DNA of 64,000 nucleotides from Octopus vulgaris (lineage: Eukaryota). The translations under genes were made by a program, and so were the position numbers. This document shows, one piece after another, positions 55,373-64,000 of this stretch. A model generated the notes under the pieces. It saw nothing but the letters and a program-made list of their open reading frames with translations. It ran no database searches and was not told the origin of the DNA. The stretch lies in contig OX597818.1 of NCBI GenBank assembly GCA_951406725.2, positions 94,798,001 to 94,862,000 on the forward strand, read 5' to 3'. Every line of letters starts with the position of its first letter. Position 1 is the stretch's first letter.

Positions 55373-56667
55373 TATTTGGGAGAGTGAGAAATGTGTCTTG
55401 AGAAGAATAGCATGTGTGATCTTCTTCATGTAGAATGTGATGAGCAAGATTTAGATTGGCTTGAAGTCCATGAGTATTGGAGAGGGTTTTCACATTTCAG
55501 GAAAGAGTAGAGAATGGCAGTGCATTGAAAAGTCACATCAACCCTCTGCCAAAGGCCTGAACTGAATACTTACCATACAGTGAACTCTGCTAAAGGCACT
55601 GAAGGACCAGGTAATGATATCAAACTAGGCAGTGTCTACCACACAAAAAAAAAAGTACAGGGGTTCCTTCTACACTATATACAATGGGACTACATTAGAA
55701 GAGTAACAGAAGCATAATGACAAAGAACCTGCAAGCCCCTGTGTCAAAGTCAGGTTTTCTACAAGGATTTTCACTGCTGCTAATCTTTTTAATGAATCTC
55801 AAACAACACCAAAATACTTAATCACAGCAGTATTCCGATATGATAATACTAACTTCAAGTTATCACTCATAAAGATGTTTTATATGATGTTTATTACTAC
55901 TTATCTTTATCTTTCGTAAATGCTCACATTTGGCAGCTATACTGGTCTTCCACCTCCTTGAAATAGCAGCCAAATCTCCCTCAAATCACAAGCCAGATTT
56001 TCTTGAAAAAAGAAAACTACATGGAGAAATGATGGGATGCTTACAAATGTGTTCTTTGCTCATTCAAGGCCGACCAGCAACTAAACAGCAACAGCTATAC
56101 ACACATACTTTAGTAAACCACTTCAATACAGTTAAGTGGTGTTGTTAATAGCAGCAGCATCTACAACAAGTGCTGAATAACAGCAATTTTGACAGGATAT
56201 AGCTGGTTCATCCCAGCACCTTATTGTTGATAGGTTGTTGTAGAGCAAAGTTGAAACTGATACTGAAAGTATTCACTTAGTTTCAAGCTATAAAAATATC
56301 TTCTTCAGATAAATGTGTTGTTTTATTCAGAAAGATGACAATGATGAAGAATAACTTCTGTTTCCTATATCCCTGCTGCTGTTATTGAGCGGTTGTGGGG
56401 TGGATTGGTGGGTTAGGTTGCCACTGCAACTCTATATTTGTAATCAGCAATGAACACAAGAACAAAAGAAAGAAACCTCACACATGCCACAAACAACTCC
56501 AGTAACAAAACCTCATCACACCCCTTCCATTGTTGTCCTGCTATCTAGTTACCTTTACGATTACACTAAACTTTCTTTATTTTTCTCCCTCCCCTCTCTC
56601 AAGACAAACTTTATTCACCACCTTCACCCTTTCTATCCACCCTCTAAAAATGAAATAGTCACCTGTC

Positions 56668-56673
56668 TATAAA
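56668..56673 (+). promoter_or_regulatory. Candidate TATA box of an internal promoter
   Basis: cTATAAAt is directly preceded by an E-box-like CACCTG. It is followed by about 170 nt of relatively GC-rich, ATG-free sequence ending at an ATG in strong context. Confidence 0.45.
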
Positions 56674-56844
56674 TCCAGGGTGGCTGCTAGAGTCTTCTAC
56701 CACCTGCCATCATTGCTACTGTGCCACAGTCGGTAGCAGTTACTGTCGGTGGCATTTGCTTTTGTTTCGTATCATTGGAAGCTACCATAGCCATTACTTC
56801 TGCACTGCACGCCACACCATTCTAGGCCAAGGCTAATAATCACG

Positions 56845-56866
56845 ATGGGGGCTTCTGTTGCAAAAG
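56845..56866 (+). CDS. Candidate alternative first coding exon MGASVAK|(G), N-myristoylation-type leader
   Basis: This is the first ATG after the TATA box, in context acgATGG (A at -3, G at +4). It ends AAG|gtactg in phase 1, in frame with exon 59145. Confidence 0.55.
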
Positions 56867-58463
56867 GTACTGCTACTCCCTTTTTCTTCAGTCTTAAACT
56901 TACCTCTCCAAGACTCCTCACTTTCTCTCACACACACATATACACTCACTCACGCATGTGCTCACTCACATAAATTTTATATTAAAAAAACATTAAAAAA
57001 GTGTGTGTAAAGTCTGTTACATATAGGTAACTAAACTTTTAAACACATTCACTCATATATAGACACACATGCACACATACACACACATGCATATTCTTTA
57101 CAAAATCAATTGCATGTTATCAAAATTCTGCCTTAACAGTTGTGAGAATCAATTATTGCTGTCATGACCCAAATATGTTCACAACCCAAGATACCTTTTA
57201 TTAATTGATCCAAATGACATTAGCTTTCTTCTTTCTCATTTATTCAAATGGAGCTTTCAAATTAAATTACTATTTGTATGTTATCTAAATAATTTGGGAC
57301 CTTAAACCTTTAATAGTCAATCCAACCCTGCCAGGCCTTGCTGGCTTGTTATATCTCATAGTAGCAAAACTTCCTTGATAATCACATCATTCTGTATAAA
57401 TACTTCAACATCACTAACAGCACTGATGTTATTAATACTAAGGTGTTAAACTTTAAGCAAGACACACTAACAATTCTAATCTATATAAATACACTTCTAT
57501 ATCACCATTAGTATTATAAATACCATATTATTAAACCATATACAAGTCACATCACTTTATATATACACCAACATATCTAACACCATCACTGCAATAAATA
57601 GTGAAGTGTTAAATCTTAAGCACTCTGCTTTATAAGTATATGTACCAATATATCTAAAACATTCAGTATTATGGATATAGTGTTCAGCCTTAAGGAAGGC
57701 ACACCATACTACATAAATTCACCAGAATATCTATCAATATAAATATTGTGAATACTAACTACTTAAATCAGTATTTCTGTGTTGTATTTGTTTTCCAACT
57801 AAACATTTACTATGTATTTACTTTGCCAAAGGATAAAATTTTATTTCCACTGTGTATTTTGTATCAAGTGTGTGTGTTGGAAGTGAAAGGTGTATGTGAG
57901 CATATAATGAGTGCATGTGTGTATATGTATTAGAATGTGAGGAAAATGTGAAGTATTTGTGTATATGTAGGAGGGGTGCATGTATGTATGTATATGTGTG
58001 AGTGAGAGAATGTATGAGTGTGTAGAAAGGTGTATCAATGAAATTTGGGTTATGTGAGATGATGTATGAGATGTGCACATGTGTATAACTATTGTGTGTG
58101 TATGTGTGTGTGTATTTAATAAACATGCTCAGAGGAAGAAGGAATGAAGAGAGATGTGGGAAGAAGAGAGAGATTATACTGGTAAATACACAAGATAATG
58201 GGAGACAACTTTAATTTTTATCTTACCCTCTAGAAATGCTCCAAGTGTTTATCTTAGCTGCTGTGTTTCCGTTGTTTTGCAGTTTGAACTTACTACACGT
58301 GGAGTTTACAGTGAACTGCATGTAACAATGCAGTGACCTCATATAACTTTTGGTGACCATGTATAACATGTATAATGAAGCTATCTGCCACTGGCAAACC
58401 TTTATATACAAATTATGTCCTGTGTTGTTCTCTTTGGTATAAAGGTTTCTATAATTGTGGAGA

Positions 58464-58539
58464 ATGCTGATTCATGTTTTGTCTTTGTTGTTGTCCATCA
58501 TACTAAACTGTCAACAGCCCTGTTCATTTAACTTCAACT
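58464..58539 (+). CDS. Candidate alternative first coding exon with hydrophobic leader MLIHVLSLLLSIILNCQQPCSFNFN|(C)
   Basis: The ATG has A at -3. There are 25 open codons, then GTAAGT at 58540 in phase 1, in frame with exon 59145. Confidence 0.45.
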
Positions 58540-58592
58540 GTAAGTTACTGCATCACTAGTTCAGAGTTAATTCCTCCCATAGTAAAAGCTAC

Positions 58593-58689
58593 ATGATCCA
58601 TAGGATCAGCATTCATGACAGCTGTTTTGAAAAAAGATTAGTCTCTAGACCTGATAGTAAGTATCAATACTATTGGTACATGGAATCAG
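58593..58689 (+). CDS. Candidate alternative leader MIHRISIHDSCFEKRLVSRPD|(S) (donor 58657) or extended ...SKYQYYWYMES|(G) (donor 58690)
   Basis: Same frame as ATG 58464. There are two further GTAAGT donors (58657, and a perfect CAG|GTAAGT at 58690), both in phase 1. Confidence 0.45.
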
Positions 58690-59144
58690 GTAAGTTGTCC
58701 CTTACCACCCTCCCCGACTCAATTATATATTAGGAATATGTTGTATATCTTTCCGCTCCCCGTCCCTTTCACTGTCTTCTGCCATCTTGACCACTTCATC
58801 TCTTCCCTTTTTTAACCGCTCTACCTTGGACCGTTATCCTCAAACCTTACACATGTCATTCATAGTCAAACAAGCAACCAAATCACCCATGCCTCTATAT
58901 TTTATGAATATTTTAACTGATCTCCATGTCATAACTGTGTCATGTCATGACTACACCTTGTCACAAGTGTCTGAAGTCATAATCAGCCAAATCACAAGCA
59001 TAATATTCTGTTGCCATGGTCACCACCTCATACTTCTAATTACAAGTGATATTCTATTGTACAGTATCTTTTCAGCCTCAATGTAATTTTGTTCATTTTG
59101 AAATTTGCTAGAATTGGCACTCAAATTTCTTTTCTCTATTTCAG

Positions 59145-59228
59145 GTCGTAGCTTGGTGGCAAAGAAAAACGATGGTATTAAAGAATCCACAGATAGCAGT
59201 GCTACACTGGAAGATGAAGACACTAAAA
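59145..59228 (+). CDS. CaMKII: CaMKII internal coding exon: conserved linker segment immediately N-terminal to the association (hub) domain
   Basis: The acceptor is ...tttcttttctctatttcag| and the donor is AAA|gtaatg. The exon is 84 nt, phase 1-1, and reads (G)RSLVAKKNDGIKESTDSSATLEDEDTK. It matches the CaMKII linker as I recall it (vertebrate alpha: [30 protein letters not shown]; delta: [28 protein letters not shown]). Confidence 0.93.
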
Positions 59229-60272
59229 GTAATGATATTATTATAATTTCAGTATTGATTTGAGTGTACTGTTTACTTATTTAGGTCTCAATGTTTCTCT
59301 GTTCTAGCCCTATTAGACCAGTATTTTAATATTATTATGTATGTTCATTTCTAGGTGTTATTTGTTGATTATAATGCATTTTAATTTTTCTTTTTTTTTT
59401 TCCACAATTCTTATTACTTTTATATATGTTCATATTTCCCTCAAATTATCATTCATAGCTGGATAATATACTTTGCTAATATGTTTATTTTACTGGGGTC
59501 ATTCACAAGAATTGTCAGCTGTCTACTCTTTTACGCTCTTAGGTTTCTTAACTCCTTATAGCACTGGGGTGTTTAAAAATGAATTCACTATTTAACTAAG
59601 AAATGACCAACTCCTCTTGCTTCAAGAAATTATATCTGCATTTGACACAACTTTGGCTTGGCACCAACAAATGTAAAAGGCCCCAGTCTTCAATGACAGA
59701 TTTATGCTCATAAAATAAAAAAAAATAATGACAGCTGCTAAATTCTGTATTAGAGGATTGCAACCCAACGGCTCAATCTAGCAGACCATTCATCAATTTT
59801 GATACTGTGGTATCTATTTAGTTAGATGGCCTGGCCAGTTTCGAGTTTAGATGCAATTTCTTGAAGCTAAATCAACTGATATTCTCTGACATTCTAAGAA
59901 TTGTTCCTACCTGACTTCATTCCCCCCCCCCACTTTTTTTTGTATAAGTATTTGCATAAACTGAACAGTGTTGAAACAGCAACAATCAATAATAGGGTAG
60001 ATACTTCTCATCTCTTCTGGGGTGCCACATAGATTGGTTGCGGTACTAACATAATTAAGAGCCCTTATTTAACTGTATATTTGATAAACTGTTAAGCCTG
60101 TACATTTCAGTGGAGATATTCCTGCCAAAATTTATCAAACAATAATCTCAGGGGGAATGTATGTACCAAAATATAGTTTCAGGCCATAGTTTGCTGTAAT
60201 GACATAAAGAACTAACTAAAGGTTTAAAAATTACAGTATTTTCTCCAGATATTAGCGTGGTATATGTATGTA

Positions 60273-60313
<41 letters not shown>

Positions 60314-61399
60314 AACATCTTATGTGAATCAGAAACATATTAAAATAATATAAGCATGCAATATATTTGTATGTTTATGAGTTATGTTAATTGTGATACT
60401 ATATGTAGCTTTATAAAACAGTCTGTTGCTCAGAAACTTTCAATCATAGTTATTAAAGTTGAATGTCTGTGTAGTTATCATTGAAATGTTATCTGAAGAA
60501 TGCATAGCTCATCAAGAACTTGGTAATGGCTGAGTAGATTGTTAAATAATATATTCAACATTATTTAATAGTGATGAATTCATTGTAATAAGCACCAAGT
60601 CATGCTAAAGCAATAATAATAATAATAATATAAAAATAAATGTGAATAAAAAGCAAACATAATTCATTTTTTAAATTGGTCCATTCATTTTACTTTAGTG
60701 AGGGAGAGAAGCTATTTCATACTTATCTATTTATTTTTCTTGCAATAATAGTAATCCAACTGTAGAACTGTATTTAATCTATTTCATAGTAACAAAAATT
60801 ATAGTGATAGTAAATTTCCAGTCATATATACATATCTCAATTTTCATCAAAGTGATATCAAATTCACAATAACTTGTGGAGAACAGTTAAATCAGAAAGC
60901 TGTTTTTGTTTTGTTTTTAACGAAATCAGATGGTTACAGTTTTTCCTATAAGAAAGGTGGCAAGAGAAAATAAAAGTGCCTAGATCTTTTTCAAATAGAT
61001 AGATAGATAGATGTGAAAGAGAAAGAGAGAAGAGAAAGTTGAATGAATTCATTAGTTTTCCATGCTACAGGTTTTAATGGCAGGTCTTTTCTAAATTCAG
61101 ATGTTTGATGCAAATTCTTTTCCATCTAAGTCTTTTCCTATTCAACTGCAGCCATATTTCATGTGCATACATCATGAGACAAACAACATGAACACTCAGT
61201 TCTTTGCATTCTTTTAGCTATTGCCTTCATGACAAATAACATGTGATGATAACTATCGTCATACATTAATGAGCCCACGACTGTCATTAAACAATGACTG
61301 GAAATATTTTCCTTTCACAAGCATTTTTATGATCAGTCCAATCCATTTCACATTATTGAAGTGGAGAGTGACTGTTTGATAGCAGTAGTAGTAGTAGTA

Positions 61400-61432
<33 letters not shown>

Positions 61433-61679
61433 TTGATAATAATAGAACTCTGTTTAATTTATTTTATATATAATCTGTAGTAATGAAGGTAATACAAATA
61501 ATATGCATTTCAATCTTATCTTGACCTCATCAGTGTGATATCAAATTCAAGACATTTAATGGAAATCAGATAAATCAGAAAGTCCATTGTTGTTTAATCA
61601 GATCAGATAGGATATAGGGTCTTTTTTTTTCTTAAAGAAAGGTGGGAAGAGAGAAATAAATTAATATATCATCCTATAG

Positions 61680-61900
61680 CTATACACTACACTGCCCCTC
61701 AACTATGCACATCAGTACTCAGTACATGTTTGCTATACTGTCCTGCAGTTGTACACTACACTGTCCTTCAACTGTACAATACACTGTTCTACAGCTGTGC
61801 ATTACACTGTACTATCCTACAGCTTTACACTGCATTGTCCTACAACTATACATTCTACAGTATTCCTCAGTGAAGAATACACTGTCATTCAGTTGTGTGC
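61680..61900. repeat. Degenerate minisatellite, unit about 22 nt (acactacactgtcctacagctgt-like)
   Basis: Repeated tacactg..ctacag motifs with about 22-nt spacing. Confidence 0.6.
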
Positions 61901-62306
61901 TACTCTGTATCTCTGTTGTATAATCATAGCTGCAAACTACACTCTGAAGTTGTTGACACCTCCAAACTTTCTTGGATTTTATACAATATTCTGTTCCCAC
62001 TGTACACCACATTAGTCTTTTCCATAACATCATTCTCATAATATGAGAGTTGTGATAACATAATAACCACATTTAATTATAGCTATTTATTATTTCTCCT
62101 CCACAAAAATGTAGGTAAAATGGATAGTGAGAGTAAGTAGAAACTTAGTTTCTTTTATAATCCATAACTAAAATTTGTTATTTTTAATATATTGCTAGCT
62201 CATGTTTCTTTCTGACTCCATCTCAATGTTATGTTTAATGTGTGGCCTATATTCCTTGCTTGATTTATCTGGAGTTGTCTAAACATTCAGTTCATATTTT
62301 ATCAAT

Positions 62307-62720
62307 TATCAAAGAAGGTAAAAGAGAGAAAATAGAAAGCTTCTGACAATGCAGAAAGTTTTATAAAACCTTTATATTTCAGGTGCAAAGGCCCATCTTC
62401 AGAGGAAAAACAGTCTGGGAAATGTAGGTTCCATTTACCCATTCAAATTACCTAGCGTTATATAGCAGCAACAAACTTCCAAGTTGGAAGTTCGTTTACA
62501 TCGATGCTTGGAGCATCAACTATGCCTATGTTTGGGGAGTGACTGCTGTTGCTACATTATGCTAGGGGATTTGAATGGGTTAATGGAACCTACATAACCA
62601 GACATTTCCCAGATTTTTTTATTTTCTGAAGATGGGCTTTGCACCTGATATACAAAGGTTTTATAAAACTTTCCACATTGTCAAAAGCTTTCTATTTCCT
62701 CTCTTTTACCTTCTTTGATA
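62307..62720. repeat. Fold-back inverted repeat (arms about 165-175 bp), probably inverted Penelope pLTR pair
   Basis: tatcaaagaaggtaaaagag... pairs with ...ctcttttaccttctttgata. Each arm carries a CTGAAGA...GA(A/T)A hammerhead-like core. Confidence 0.85.
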
Positions 62721-64000
62721 TTACAATGCTTCAAGCAAGCTACAACACTTATTTATCAATTATGTTCTTTTCCTACTAACATTTTTCCTAGATACACCAT
62801 ATGCTACACAATATATAGACATCTTATTGAACCTCAAGAGAGCTTCTATATAGTCACTCCAGTTCTATATAGTAGCCAGATCTTTGTTTTCAAGTTTCCA
62901 CTGTCTCTAAAATATAAACCATGGATTTAAAATTTTATATCCTGTGATTACACAATCCACAATAGGATCTGCATGTGCTAGCAAAGAAGATTCTCTGTTG
63001 TTATTGTGTTCAATATAGTAGCCAAATCTCTCTTAACAAATATTCACTATTGAATTTAAAATGATGGGTCACTTAAACTAGAAAGGAACCTTATGTATAA
63101 TCACTTGACATGATCTGCATAACAACCAAGCAATTCTTCTTCAACAAACTGCTTGCCAATTGGAAGCACTTAACAGTGAATTAACTTCTTCATAGACACT
63201 TGACTTGCACAACACAGTAGCCAAGTTTCCATCTACAAACTTTATGAAATCAGAGCTTGCTTGCTTTTCATGTCCACGTTTCAAACTAGATGACCATAAC
63301 TGAAACACTAAATAAGCTGCAGCATCTGCAGGATGCTCCTAAATATTCAATTAGCTTGCCTTCTGTCAACTATAAAACTGATGAGAATTGATCTATAATA
63401 GCATTTGCAACAATTATGTTATACTTTGTATCACATTGGCTGGGATATTTCAGCTGTTACTCTATTTAGTCTCAGTCTTACCTATAAGTTCAAACTTGGC
63501 CAGCTATAAATGAAATGTTTCATGGTTAAACAGTTAATGAAATTAGTTTAGTGATGACAAGGTCATCTGTTTGAAATTTACTGCAGGCTTATCTTGACTT
63601 CTTACATGCACATTGGATATCAAAAAAATAATGGCTTTTTTTATGAAAAGTAATGATAAATATATACAATTAGATGAACTGAGGTAGAATTAAGAGGAAT
63701 AAAAGTCACTATTATGAATTATTAAAGGGATTCAAAGTCATACCGGTTTTGGTATCAGCTATCTTTTCTCTCAACTACATCCATGTAGTCACTTAGCCTC
63801 TTAACCTGCTGCTAATAGGGAACAGATTCCCTCAAATCTCCCTACCTCTTTTGGACACAAAAAACACATTGGACACTATTGCTACACATACAAAATAATA
63901 GAATGGTCAAGATTGGAAAGACTTTTGTCATAAGTTTGCTCAATTAGAGCTGGTCTAAGACTAAACAACAATCATTGTATCAGAAATCTTGGAAGTTCAG

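Overview
AT-rich, microsatellite- and SINE-dense eukaryotic genomic DNA. The repeat landscape looks like a coleoid cephalopod (octopus-like); this is an inference. Almost the whole window is one very long + strand intron region of a CaMKII (Ca2+/calmodulin-dependent protein kinase II) gene. The only clearly recognisable conserved exon is 59145-59228, (G)RSLVAKKNDGIKESTDSSATLEDEDTK, which is the linker immediately upstream of the hub/association domain. I found no kinase-domain or hub exons, so they must lie outside the window. Upstream of this exon is a set of candidate exons that all share its splice phase (1): (i) a 308-codon Pro/Ser-rich terminal exon at 4296-5221 that would give a hub-less kinase; (ii) symmetric cassette exons at 20545, 29840, 45084 and 48822; (iii) candidate alternative first exons just upstream of the linker exon. 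These are a TATA box plus MGASVAK| myristoylation leader at about 56.7-56.9 kb and a three-donor cluster with a hydrophobic 25-aa leader at 58.46-58.69 kb. They would give kinase-less, membrane-targeted hub proteins analogous to mammalian alphaKAP. The rest is transposon debris: a mariner with TIRs, non-autonomous Helitrons, RTE, CR1-like and Penelope remnants, and tRNA-SINEs. It includes a nested set of inverted repeats able to form long dsRNA in the pre-mRNA. Most ORFs in the supplied track are microsatellite artefacts. Exon usage is inferred from splice signals and reading frame only and needs RNA evidence.
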